64,000 nucleotides of DNA from Vitrella brassicaformis CCMP3155 (taxonomy: Eukaryota; Protista; Chromerida), in the NCBI GenBank assembly GCA_001179505.1, contig CDMY01000395.1:1-64000 (forward strand), given 5' to 3'. The translations under genes were made by a program, and so were the position numbers. How positions within the stretch are numbered: position 1 is the first letter of the stretch; each line of letters opens with the position of its first letter. Below the pieces are notes generated by a model that was not told the DNA's origin, searched no databases, and was given only the letters and a program-made list of their open reading frames with translations. This document shows, one piece after another, positions 26,460-39,728 of the stretch.

Positions 26460-27750
26460 CTATGAGGCGTCTTCGAGTATGGCGGGGAGGAGGTCCTCTC
26501 CGCAGCACGGACAACGACCAGACTGACACACCCATCCCTGTAAACACGCCCTGCACAGACAGACACACACAAGGAGAAACACAGCCGCATACAGACAGAT
26601 GCACAGGAGTGCGTCGCCGCCTCCCTCACTTGTGGAAGAGGTGTCCGCATCGCAGGTCCACAGGGCGGTAGTCCTCCTCTTCTTCGGCGGAGGGCGGCCG
26701 CACCCACGCCCTGCTCCTCTCCTCGTGAATGCTGTTGCTCGTCTGGCTGTCCGCATCACCATCGCCCCCACCACTGCCGCCATGACATCCCCCGTCGGCA
26801 GCAGGGTCCTCGATGGTGCAGTCCGTCCAGTCCGCCTCCACACCCACCAGGTGCACACGACGCGGCTGACGACGCCGCACACCCCAACTCTTGCCTGGAC
26901 CAACGAAGGAGGCGACACACAAAGACACAAAGACACAGACAGATGGCTGGATGGATGGCGATATCGTGTGGGTGCATTAGTCTGACCTTGAAGCGCATAG
27001 CTCTCGATGGGCGGCTCGAGGTAGACCGCCCTGCACCGGTGGCTCTCTGGCGGCGAGGGCGCCCAGTTGGCCTCGAGGCATATCATGCAGATGTCTGTCG
27101 GGTCGAGCGAGGCGGTCTTCCGCACTCGGAGGGGCAGCTGGCGACCGAAGGACTCAACACACTCAGTGAGAGTCGTCTCCAACACATTACACTCCTACAA
27201 CAGACACGCAACATCGATTGGCGTCTGCAGATGTCGTCCTGTCTGCCCGGCTGGCTGTCTCGCGTGGTTACCTCCTGCAGTGACCTGAGGAACCTCTGGC
27301 TCTCATTCGCCCGCTTCAGCATCCGCCCCAGCCTCTTGGCGAGCCGCTGGTGGCACTCTGTCGCCCGCCTGAAGGCCAGCGAGTCGGCACACTGCGCCAC
27401 ACCACCCTCATCGAGGCTCAGAATCAGCTCCACCCTGTCGTCACACCGATGCAGCTCGGCCGTCACCCACTCGAGACGCTGCAGACTCACACCCAGTAGG
27501 TGCAGCTGGGCCGTCTCGGCAGCTGACGATATGTTGGCCGCCTTCCTCGCGGCATGGAGCAGGGCTGGGCCGCCTGATGCCTGCTGCTGGTGGTGTGCGG
27601 CTGACGAGGTGGGTGGTGGTGTCTTGGAGAGGGTGGGTTTGGCCTCCAGCAGCCGCACTATCCGCTGCAGGTGCTGCGTGCCCAGACGCAGAAACATCAC
27701 ATCACGCTCCGCTCGGGTGCACACCTGCACATACACACAGCCATCCATAG

Positions 27751-27782
<32 letters not shown>

Positions 27783-28065
27783 GTTCTGCCGTAAGTACCT
27801 CTAGAACATGTTCCCTGAAGTAGAGCACTTTGGAGTATCTCCTCATGACGAGGCAGTACTCACACATGATGCGGACCGAGAGGTAGCAGTAGGTCACGGC
27901 CGAGCACACACCCTCCAGCAAGGATATGTAGCCCCGTCGCCGCACCGACCGCTCCTCAAAGGGCCAACTTACACTCGCCCAGCGGCTCTCAGGGGTCGTG
28001 TCGGGCGTCGACAGGTCGGCGGGCGTGTCGTCACACACGGCATCTCTTGTTGACACCTCTGACAT
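26460..28065 (-). CDS. RING-H2 E3 ubiquitin ligase-like protein with a large loop insertion
   Basis: C-M-I-C ... RCGHLFHKACLQGWVCQSGRCPCC; 5 exons in frame. Confidence 0.8.
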
Positions 28066-28703
28066 GGCTGCCTGCCTGCCTGCAACACACACAACACACA
28101 CACAGAGTCAGCCAGATGCACCTGAATTTTGTGTGTTTGTGTGTCCTTGTGTGTGGTGTGACTGACCCACCTACCTTAACACTGACAGCCTGAGTCGATA
28201 GATGGAGGCCTCCCCTCCCCTTGCAGCCTTGCTTGCAGACTCCCCTCCCCCTTGTGCAGACTTGTGAAGCCTTTCACGCCTCCCAACCAGCCTCCGCACC
28301 ACTCACAGGTCACAGATAGAGGGAGCTGGAAAAAGAAGCGAAATCGGACACCTCCCTTTGATGGATTTGCCGTCGAATGTGCTCAACACACGCTGCGGAT
28401 GCCTGCAGAGCGCCTTTCTTCTCCTCAAGAAGAAAGCTCGCGCCATTTGCTTTAGGGTCTCCCTTCCTCCGCGAAACCTCCAGAGAACTCGCGTGATTTT
28501 TGCTTTGGCCCTGAACGCGCGAGTTCGCAGCCATCTTGGCGGCAATTTGACTTCCCACCTCCTTTCCGCTTGTGATCTGGCCTCGCCTCGCCGCCAGACA
28601 GCCACAAAACCGTCTGCAGTGCCGTGACGGCATGCGGACGCGATAGACGCCGGGGAGAAAGCAGAAGCCGCGCCATCCATTGTTTCGGAGCCCCCCTCGG
28701 CCT

Positions 28704-31700
28704 ATGAGTCAACGCAGGAAGCCACACGCACCCGCTGATCAGGTCAGGCAAACGGGCGGGTCGTTGTCCCGGCTGACTGACTGACGTGTGTGTGCGGTGT
28801 GGTGTGGTGCAGCGGAATGTGCGCAATGTGGAGGATTTCATGGTTGACAAGTACGAGAAGGTGCGGCAGGAGCTGGAAAAGGTCGAGTGGATCAAGAGGG
28901 ACGCCGCATGCAACAGCAAGACACTCGCCACACTCGTCGCACACCTCACCCTCTTCATGGACCTCAACTTTGGCGCTAAGGTACATGTGTGACACCAACA
29001 CACCGACACCATCACACTCATCAAGCATGCACAGCGGGGCATCTGTCTGTCTGTCTGTCTGTCTGGTGTGTATCCATTCATCAGGTGCCTGTCGAGCAGC
29101 GTGAGATGACCAAGTTCCCTGCAGTCCTGCTCCGCGACTACCGCCCCAACGGGGCCCTCAAGACCATCCTGGAGCTGTGTTTCGAGTTCAAGGCGCAGCA
29201 GGAGGGTGCGGGCAGCCGGCGGTTTGACATCCTCACCGAGAAGGCCAAGCCACACGTCATCCAGCTGTGCCGACAGATCTTCGACCGCATCAAGGCCGAC
29301 GGTCACTGGAAGCCCCCCAAGGTGTTCTTCTGGACGGGGCAGGGCGGCGTGACCGCCGAGGATGTGGAGAGGTGCACTGCGCTCGTGAGCAAGCATCACG
29401 GTGTGGTGGTGGGTACGATCAAGGAGGCGACGCACATCGTGGTGTCTGACGCGTGCAACCCCGACTTCAACCCGAGCGACCCCGAGAGCTACTTCCGCAC
29501 CATCGAGCGAATGCGGACCGACCTGGGGAAGAACTTCAACCTCATCCACTGGTGGTACCACCCCGACTCGTACGACGTGTGGGTGCAGGGCAGCGCCGAC
29601 GACGAGATCGAGACGCCCATCCGGCCCCCTGACGGCATCTGGAAGGTGGGCATGACCTTTATCACACACCTCGAGACATTCAACGAGTGGATGAACGAGG
29701 CCGACTACGAGATCATCGAGGCCCACCTCCCCCCGCCCCTCCTCGCACACCTAGGGCAGGCCAGCGGCAAGCGCCCACAGCCCGTGCAGACGCGACAGAA
29801 GCGCCAGAAGGCCTCCCATGCCCATGAGGGCGAGCCCCCCACGCCATCCGAGGCTCCCTCCGGCAAGAGGGAGAAGCGCAAGAGCCGCAAAGCGAGGGAC
29901 GCGGAGTCGGTGGCATCCGACGACACGGCCGGCAAGGCCGCCGGCTCGATGCGCCTGCGCGTCCACAAGACCCCCCCACCAGCACGTGAAGCGCCGGGAG
30001 AGGAGAGCGAGAGACCTCGCGGCATGGTGACCCGCGACAGTCTGAAGCCCTCCCAGGGCCATTCCCGATCGCGGGTCGGCGGCGTGGACCGTGTCAAGGC
30101 GCGCAAGTCCGCTCCTGGGGGCAGGGGGGCCGAGGGCGCCGAGGCGCGGCGGCCGGAGAAGAAGCGAAAGGTGCATGGCGGCGCCGGAATCCTACCCCGA
30201 GTGCATGGCCCGACAGATCTGTCGGGGGGAGCTGGCATGGTGCTGGATGCGGCGGGCGGCGGTGTGCAGCCGATGCTGCTGCTGCAGCAGCAGCAGCAGC
30301 CACAGCACCTGCACGCGCTGCGGCTGCGGTGCAATCCGTCGATATACCACCCCACCAAGTGCAAGGTCATCGGGCGGCCGGAGGGGGAGGCGCCCCCCGT
30401 CCTGGACCCCGAGACCCTGGCGCAGCTGGACTATGGCGAGGTGCTACCTGAGGTAGCGGCGTTTGTGCGTGAGCACTGCAAGGACGTCCGCATGAAGGCC
30501 CAGTTGCCCACCATCATCGAGAAGGCCACGGTATGCAGAGAGGGGCAGGGTGGGATGGAGGGAGGGAGGGAGGAGGGAGGGTGTGATGCTTGTGTTGCGG
30601 CAATGGTCGGTTGTGTCAGGACGGTATGGATGTGGACGGCGTGGTGACGGAGCGATTCCACGCCCCACCATTGCCACCTGGTGGGTTGGCGCTTGCGAGC
30701 AAAGTGACAGACAGCACTCTGCTTCTTCGCGTGTGTGTGTCTTGTGTCAGAGCTGTGCTCGCCGTCAGTTGTGTCGGACGAGGTCTCGTCCGCATCGCCG
30801 GACGGAGCGCCACTGGCAAAACGGTCAGTACACAAACAGACACAAAAGAAGACAGACAATGCAAGCAACTATTTGTGTGTGTGGTGTGTGTTGTTCTGTG
30901 TGTCGTCAGTTCGCACGCCCGCTGGACCCAGACGGTGACTCGCGAGGGCGGGCTGCTGGTCACCCTGCCCCTCCCACCATCCGGCCCTCCCGTCCCCCCA
31001 GACCTACCACCACCACCACAAAACACTGAGCTCAACGTATCCCAGACACACACTCAAACACACACACATCCATTTATCCATCCATCCCCATGTATGTGTG
31101 TGTGTGTGCATCAATCAGGGTGCGGAGGCGGCGCGTCCCGCGTCAGCGTCTGAGGTGCCGGTGACGATTCAGCTGCCGTCGTTCGCCGACTGGTTCGACA
31201 CGGACAGTGTGCACAACATCGAGATGCAGCACCTGGGGGGCTTCTTCGGGGCCTACGAGGACGGGGAGGGGCTGGAGGAGACCAAGCGACGATATGTGGC
31301 CGTCAGGAACGCCATTGTGGAGAGATACAGGTTGGGGAGAGAAAGGAGGGAGGGAGGCATGGATGCGTGTGTGTGTGTGTGTGTGTGTCAGGATGAATCC
31401 TCGGAAGTACCTGAGTGCGACGGAGTGTCGACGGTTTATCGACGGCGATGCCCTGCTGGTGCTGCAGATACACAGCTTCCTTGACTTCTGGGGGGTCATC
31501 AACTTCCAGGTCACACCCCACACACATACATACATACACCACCCACAACAAACGAAACATTCAGTGCACTGTATCTCATTGCAATGCAGGCTGACCCATC
31601 CACCCTCCCCCTCAAGACGCGGAAGCTCCGCGAAGACACCGTCCCACAGCCAGCAGCAACCACCACAGGCGGACCATCCCAACCTGCGCCAGCACGGCCC

Positions 31701-33741
31701 ATTGGGCGCATCGGCCAGCCACAGCCACAGCCAGGCACCCAGCCGACGATGGGCATCCACCAGCAGGGCCCATCGGCAGCCGCATCGGCGTCACAGGGAG
31801 GTGTGGGTTGGCGGCCCGGTGTGGGTGCTGGTGCTGGTGTGGGTGGCGCCACCAATGTCACCACTCTCGCGTCGACTGGCCAGCGGTATGCGCTGCCCAA
31901 GGTGCCTGAGGGCCCGCCCGGTCCCAAGAAGTGCGTCAGCTGCGGCAAGATTTGCCTCTACTCCTTCTATGTCGTCCGCAAGACTGCTGGCGCACCTGGT
32001 GGGGTGACAGTGAGGACGGAGGAAGATATCATGTGAGAGAGATGTGTGTGTGTGTGTGTGTTGGTTGGTTGTGTGTGGTTGGTGCAGCGTTGTCAACTGG
32101 TGTGCTGAGCCGGTGTGCGTGGTGCGAGCTGTGCTACCGCGAGGGCCTGCTGCCGCCAAACCTGCTGCCCTCGCAGCTCAGGAAGGTGGGCGTGAGACCA
32201 CCCATACACCACCCCACACAATACACACGGTCACGGTGCCACACAATGGTGCACTCACTGCGCCTGCCATGTGTTTAATGCGTGTAGGTGACGGTGCCGT
32301 TGAGCGGTTCCCAGGACGGCCGCCCCGACGCCAGTGGCACCATGTGGACAGAACACGAGACCATGAGACTCATCGGTCAGTGCACGACCCACCACCCCAC
32401 ACCACACCTGTCGCACAAACGCTTCCCATGCTCTCAGAGGGTCTGGAGTTGTATGGCGATTCGTGGGATGAGGTGGCCTCCCACGTGGGCAACGGCAAGA
32501 CCGCCTCACAGTGCATCATGCACTTCGTCGCACTCCCCATCGAGGAGGAGACGCCGCTCCCCCCCACAGCCACAGCCGCAGCCGGCATGGGCATCGGGCG
32601 GGAGCGTGGTATGGACAGCCGCAGCCTGGCAGCCATGCTCACGTCCATGCGGGAGCGACGCGATGAGAGCGCTGTGGACTACATGATGAAACAGGTGGGT
32701 GGGTGGTGGGTGCAGAGAGGTGGGTGGTGGGCCTCCACCGATCATGGTGTGTGTGTGTGTGTGTGTCTTCGGTTCAGCTGGCGGGATTGGCGTCTGTGGT
32801 GGACCCGAAGCTCGTGACGGCCGCAATCAACGCTGCTTTGGAAGAGGTATTGCAACAACACACCACACTACACCACACCACACCCGGTGAGAGAGAGTGA
32901 GAGAGAGAGAATCGCCTTCTCCCGTTGTGTGCATGCCTCCAGGCCCGCAAGGAGAACCTGGTGCCGCCACAGATCGAGGCCCGATACCGCCCCGTGATGG
33001 CCCACCCCCTCCCACCCCGCTCCCACCCACAGATACCCCACCAGCAGCACACCTTCATGCACACGCGGGCGGCGGCGGTTGGCATCGGCAACGGGCCGCG
33101 ACCACCTGCACCGCCAGCCATGATGCCGATAGCTGCCTCGTCTGCTCCAGCTGCAGCTGCAGCAGCAGCGGCGGTGGCCGTCAAGGATAAGGGTGGGGAC
33201 ACGCTCATGTCGACGACGAACCACAATGGCACCACCGTCCAACAGCCGCCATCGGTTGTCGCGTCGGTGAGTCGGGGGGGAGGGAGAGGGCTCGTGTGCG
33301 GCGGTTGTCACTGTGTTGTCCGTGTGTGTCGCGTGTCGTCTGTGTGTGTAGGCCGTGAGTGCAGGTGTGGTTGGCGCGATGCCTGTGGTTGGCCTGGTGG
33401 CTGCGGCGCGGGAAGACCAGCAGGTGACGTCACCTGACACACACACACACCCATTCTTATTCCTCATGTCGGTCCATCGTCTGTGCACGTTGTTTATCTC
33501 AGGCTCGTGCGGGTGGTGAGGCGCTGCTGGCACAGCAGAAGGAGAGAATCGACGACAAGATGAGGCAAATCAGGTGCCCAGGCGGCGTGCGAACCTCACA
33601 CAGACACAATCACAGTCGGATCTCCACCCTGTGGCTCATGCTGTGTGTGTTGTTCGCAGGGCGTCAGGCCAGGGCCAGGAGCAGCAGCAGCAGCAGCAGG
33701 GGCAAAGAGAGGTCCGTCCAGACGGGCCCGGCCAGTCATGA
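28704..33741 (+). CDS. SMARCC: SWI/SNF complex subunit SMARCC/SWI3 (N-terminal BRCT/chromo-like module, SWIRM, zinc finger, SANT/Myb)
   Basis: HWWYHPDSYDVW, FNEWMNEADYE; SWIRM LPSFADWFDTDSVHNIE...RNAIVERYRMNPRKYLSATECRR...HSFLDFWGVINFQ; SANT WTEHETMRLIEGLELYGDSWDEVASHVGNGKTASQCIMHFVALPIE. Confidence 0.93.
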
Positions 33742-34475
33742 GGGCGCTCGCTCATTCCATCGGATGGGAGACAGACGGAGGTGTGTAGGTGCTGTAGGTG
33801 CTGTGGGTAGCGTCATTTCCAAACATACATAGACCAGGGAACTGTCCCAGACAGGTGTTGAGTTGGGTTGAGTCGAGTGTCCCTGCCCCCCCCTGTCTGT
33901 CCCTGTGGGGTATGCGCCATTTGATGAGGGCGCTGCCGTGTAAACAGCGGCTTTGTCATACTGGAGATACCCCTGATGTACAGGGAGGGAGGGGGCAGGC
34001 ACACAGACAGACAAGATGACTGACTGGAACAGACAGACGTCGCTTTGCTGTGCTGCCATTCCCACCCCCCCTCTCTGTTTATGCGCCACTTATCACATGC
34101 ACTGTGACGTCCCCGGCGAGCTGCAGCTCACTTGCGGCTCGGCAGCGACGCCACGGTGCGTGTCTTAAGGGGCGGAGGCAGTCAGACAGACAGACAGGGA
34201 AGGCAGGGGATTGCGTCCGTCATGGGTAGGTGATGTTGGATGGATGGATTGGCTCTCAAGTGGTTTTACAGACAGACAGACCGACAGGTACACAACGACG
34301 GTGTCCGGCCACTGACGATACGTAATAAAAGAAGTAATATACACACACATGCAATACAATATGGTTCTGTCTGTGCTCCTCCGCCCATCCATCCCTACAC
34401 ACGTGTGCCATACCACCGATGGGCCCCTCTCTGTCCCCCATCCCACCCCACATCCAACAGCCAGTCGGTCCTCTT

Positions 34476-37400
34476 TCATTTCTTGGTCGGTGTCTCCTCC
34501 TCATAGCCACCTTTGGCATCATCGACGTCAATCCGGAACTCTATCGGGCGCTGACAAACATAAAACACACACACCAAACAACACTCACACACAAGTGCTC
34601 TCCCCCCACCCCTCCCCACCTGTTGCCTCCTCTGCGCCCTCCGAGCCTCCACCGACGCAGACGCAGTCGCCCCCAGCGCACCATCAGTGCCCGACCGACT
34701 CATCAGCCCGCCTCTATCTGTAAAGGCCTCATACCCACTGGTGCTACTCATACCCCTGTGTGGCCGTGCAGCAGCAGCAGCAGCAGCAGCGCTGGTGCCG
34801 CTGTCCTGGGGGACTGGCACCACCCTTGACGTGATGGTGTGCGAGCGGGGTGAGTAGTCTCGTGTGGGGGATCGCCTGACGTGGTGGGGTGGGGGCGGCT
34901 GCGAGTCGGGGTGGTCGAAGTAGTTGGACTCCACCGTGGCGTCGCCCCGCAGGAGGACGGAGCTCTTGCGCACTGTGGGGGAGAAGTGGTTGGCCTGTGA
35001 GTATGGCAACCAACACATTCACACACACAGACACACACAATTAAATGGTGGATGGGTGTGTCGCGTCGCGTGTACCTCAGTTGATTCGGCTGGCGAGACC
35101 CCCCGCACGAAGGACTGAACGAACTTCTCCTTCAGGAGCTCATACTCGGCTGACAGACAGAACACAGGGTGGATGCATGGGGGCATCGTGTGTGTGTGGG
35201 AGGGGGGATGGGGGGATGGCCTCACGTGGCAGCTGGCTGGACGGGTCGACATTCTCCAGGCCGCTCTCAATGAAAGACTCCCTGGTCACCACTCCTGAAC
35301 CGCGACAACACTTTCTGTGTGTGTGTCTGTGTGTGTGTGTCTCTGTGTGTGTGTGTTGTCGTGTCCCTTTCAGGGTGTGTGTACCGATGAGTTGTCCCTC
35401 TCCGTCACACACAAAGAGCTGACCGATGTTCAGCATCGTGAAGAGGAAATGCAGCTTGCTCTGAACAGACACAAACACGGTCGGCACACACAGCACAGCA
35501 ATCATGCATACGATCTATCTGCCCTTCCGGCTTGGCTTACCACGGGCGTGTGTGGCATGACGGTGAGCGGGGCCCAGTCGATCGCACACAGATCCAGGTC
35601 AAAATGGGTGCCTGCACATCCATCCATCCATCCAGCTGCAATGAGAGAGAGAGAAACAACCCCACCTTGTAGCGAGGAGATGTCATAGAGATCAAGGTTG
35701 CCGTCTTGGATGGCGAGAGGGGGCTGGGGGCTCCCCCGCTGACCATTGGTGGCAGCTGCGGCTGCTGCTGCCGACTGCTGCTGCTGTTGAGCAATGGGGA
35801 GGGGCGGGATGGTCGTGGATGCTACTGAGGCGTTCAGGAGATCACCACCTGCACACACAGATGGGCGTGGTGTGGTATGGTCTGCGCGCCTGGTGTATGT
35901 ATGTGTTGTGAATGTACCGATTCCTGAGCCGACGGGCGTCTCGGTGTATTGGGGGACCTGATGCCTGAACACACAACACAAAACAACAGGTATGTCACAG
36001 CACCTCCCCCTCCCCCTCCCCTCTCTCTCTCCCTGCCTACTCGTTGGTCTGCGCCGCCATGGATCCGTTCCGCCCATTCTCCGCCCTCTGGGGATACAGC
36101 GGCTGCTGCGCCTCTCCAAGAGCCCCATGGCTCAACGCCACCGCTCGTCGTTGTCGCGTCGGCCGCAGCCACCTCTCATAGAACTTGGCGGCCCTTCTGG
36201 CCCGCCGGTATTTCTTCATGATGGCGTCGATCTCAGCGCAGGGCAGCACCGCCACGAGCTTGGGGTGCTCCCGAGAGGCGACCAGTGGGACTGCGGCACC
36301 AAGGCATGCGACACGGCAGATGAGGGCGTCTGTGAGGGTGGCGCCGCGGATGGGCAGAGTGAAGGCGGAGGGGGAGAACCTGTGTGACATACATATGCAC
36401 GCAGAGGTAGAGGGAGAGGAGGGGGCATTTGCGGGGGTGTGTGCTTGTGTGTTGTGAGTGGATGGCTGGCCTCGTACATGATGTCTGCAGCCGTGAGAGA
36501 GTACATCTTCTTGCTGCGGATGGCCGGCAAATAAGGCAGACGCTGAATGAACGAACCAAGACACAGACAGAAGACAATAAAGACACGCAGACAGAGTGGT
36601 GGGCGTAGGTGTGTGTAGGGTCCCCACCCACCCACCCACACACACCTTGCTGCGCAGCATCATTTCGTATACGGAAATGCTGAGTGCCGCGTTGGTGACG
36701 TAGGCCATCAGCACCGCCAGCAGCACCGGCAGCATCATCTGCAGCTGACCTGACCATACATAAAAGGCAGCCAACACAAGCATACTCTCATACTCTCTCC
36801 CTCCGCGTGTGAGCGTGTTGTCTGTCACCCACCAGTGAGCTCGAATACGATCACCGTCACGCTGATGGTTCTGGTCACACCTACGCCATCGATGACAGAC
36901 ACAACACCATGGGGCGCCTTGTGGCATGGTGTACTCAGCTGACCGGCTGCGAGGGCCGCCGCCCCCACCACGGCATACGATGCCGCCACCGATGCGCCAA
37001 ACATGGACGCGATGAATCGCCCGAACAGCCGACCTGATACACAGAAAAATGGACGGCACACACGCAGATATGGACATTTGGAAGCCAGCCTCCTCTTGAC
37101 AAATGACAAATGGGGTTTACCGAATGCGGCGCCGGCTACAAACACAGGCGTAAAGAGGCCGCATGGGACGGGGCACGACAGCGACAAAGCCGTCACTGCA
37201 CCAGCCAACCAACACACGCATCCATCCATCCATCCATTGTGTGCTGTGTTTGGTTTACCGATGAGTTTGTAGGGGACATAGACGAGCAGCGACCCCACTT
37301 CACCAAGTCGCCACCGAGAGACATCTGACAAATGACACAGAATGCAGCAACAGAATGCAGCCACACATGATGGATGGATGGATGGATGGGCGGACGGAGG

Positions 37401-39518
37401 GATGAGCGGACGAGCGTACCCAGGTCCTCGTTCGAGAAGAGCTGCGTCAGCGTGTTCCGATCCTGTGGCAATCGAAGCACAGGCAGGTGACGGACCAAGA
37501 ATGTTTGGCTGCTGGAGTGTGTGTGTGGGGTGTGTGTGGGTGGTGTGTGGATGTGGCTGACTCGCATACCCTGTTGCTGAGGTATGGTTCCCATATGCCG
37601 ACCACCGACAGGGGCAGCATCAGCACAAAGGTGTACAGGTACCAACTGATGACACACACGACACGACCAACGGTGAGTCGCTGTGGCACATCCAAACCAC
37701 TGGCAACACACCTGGCTTTGTGGACTTGGAGGCGCCGACCCAGCTACACACACACACACACACGAGAGAACTGCGCTGTGGTGGGGGTAATGTGTGTGTG
37801 TTGTGAGTGAGTTTGGTGCCGTACTCTCATGAAGAGTGCCGTGAGGTAGATGAACACCCCGCCAAGGCAGCCACACACACACCCTGCACACACGCAGACA
37901 ACACATGGAGAGTCCATCCATCCATCCATTCATCCATCCATCCCTTGCCCCGGCAGCTATGTGCCAACACCTACCGAGGACGGCGTATCCGAGGATCTCA
38001 AACGATATGTTCACGTCTCGCTGGAAATCAGTACCGGCAAATAACTCAATCGCATCTGTTGAACCGCACACCACACCACACAGCCGCCGATCCCTGCCCC
38101 TGCCTTGCCCACCCATTTCCCCATTTACCCTTTTACCTATTGCGTGTATGGCCCTAAAGGTGAAGACCGCCCAAATGACGCAAAAGTAGGCCTTCCACAG
38201 CGCATTGACGAAAAAGAACGTCGCCGTGACCTCGATGGCAAACAACACACCGCCGACAGGAGCGCCAAACGTGGCCGTCACACCCGCTGACACCGCCACG
38301 CCCAAGATCGTCAGCCGGTGCGTGTGCGTCTGTGTCGAGTCAATCATACACACGAGCGCGGTTATTCTGGGCGTGTGTGTGTGTGTGTGTTTGTTTGTTT
38401 TTTCGGTCGGTGGCAGTACCTTTGCGCATTCCCTGAAGGGTGGCAGTTTGGCGAGCTGGTTGGCAATGATCGCCGCTATGTGCACAAAGGGACCCTCCTT
38501 GCCCACCGACAAACCTACCAACGAAAACAGGCGGTATCAGACTCGGTCTTGTGTGCCCGCCCGCCCTCCCGCCCGCCCGAACTCACCTCCCGCGAGTGCG
38601 GCCGTGAGTCCCAGTGTCTTGCCCACGAAGGCCCTCAGCGAGAGATACCTCGGCAGCAGCACACCGCTCAGGATAGTCTTGAGCTCAGGGATCCCCGAGC
38701 CCATCGCTTCTGGAGCTATGACGTGGCAGCAGAAGACGGCCACCGCCGATGCCCCAAGGGACCATCCAGCGAGGGTCACGGCTGACAGGATGGGGGAGTC
38801 GGCGCCGGTCTGAGTGCCGCACAGCCAATGCCGGACTGACGCAGCCAGCAAGGCAGGAGGAGGATGGACACCACACCCCGTCGTATGTGTGTGTGTGTGG
38901 TTGGTGGCTTACGTTCGAGGAGGAGGTCGATCGACATATCCATTGCCCACGAGATGAGGGCGGTCTGGCTCACACACACACACACACACACCCCACACAT
39001 ACACAACCATGGAGGGAGAGATGGATACATACGTGTGAGGTCGTGGTGTGGATCGGATGCCTACCAGTACGCCAAGGCAGAAGAGCATCAGCCAGAAGGA
39101 CCATTGCACGTTCCTGACGGTCGTCACCAGCCGACTCAGCACAGCGTTGCCAACTGAACAGACACACATACGCGACACTCTCTGATCAGTGGTGCTGTTG
39201 TTACTTCTCCAGTCACCTTCGATTCCCTCCTCAGTAGCGTCCTCCCCTACAAGAATTTCCGGACACTTCTGGACATCCTCAAAGGTGCTGCATCAACGAT
39301 CCATCAACACAAACACACGAGAAGAGATGCCAACGCGCCGGCGCCCGCATGCATGCGCAAAGCCAAGGAAAGATGTGCATTTGCTGTGCTGTGGATGCCG
39401 TGAGCGTCTACGTGAAGAGATCGACTATATTGTAAGAGAGCGTCGGCGGCGCTGCTTCAGGCAGAAGGCCAAGGGAGTCCGACTCGACAGCCTGCTGACT
39501 CGACTCCACTGCCGCCAT
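34476..39518 (-). CDS. CLC-family chloride channel with C-terminal CBS domains
   Basis: [47 protein letters not shown]; about 19 exons traced in frame. Confidence 0.95.
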
Positions 39519-39728
39519 GGAAAATGGACAACGGCCCAATCCAACGAATGCCAATCAGTCGGAGTTCACCCGCGCTTTACTCCGATCGCCGAATCGCCGA
39601 GGCGTCGCATCGCCACGCAAGGGAGAGTTTAGAAAAATTCCCAACGCAGTGCGGGGTTCGGGTTTCAGGGTTTGCTGCGCCCGCGTCTCTCGGAGAAACC
39701 GATCTGCACCCGTTCGTCCCTCACCACG

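Noticed and set aside
28452-29750. 432-aa minus-strand ORF
   Set aside because: Antisense shadow of the GC3-rich SMARCC exon; no motifs
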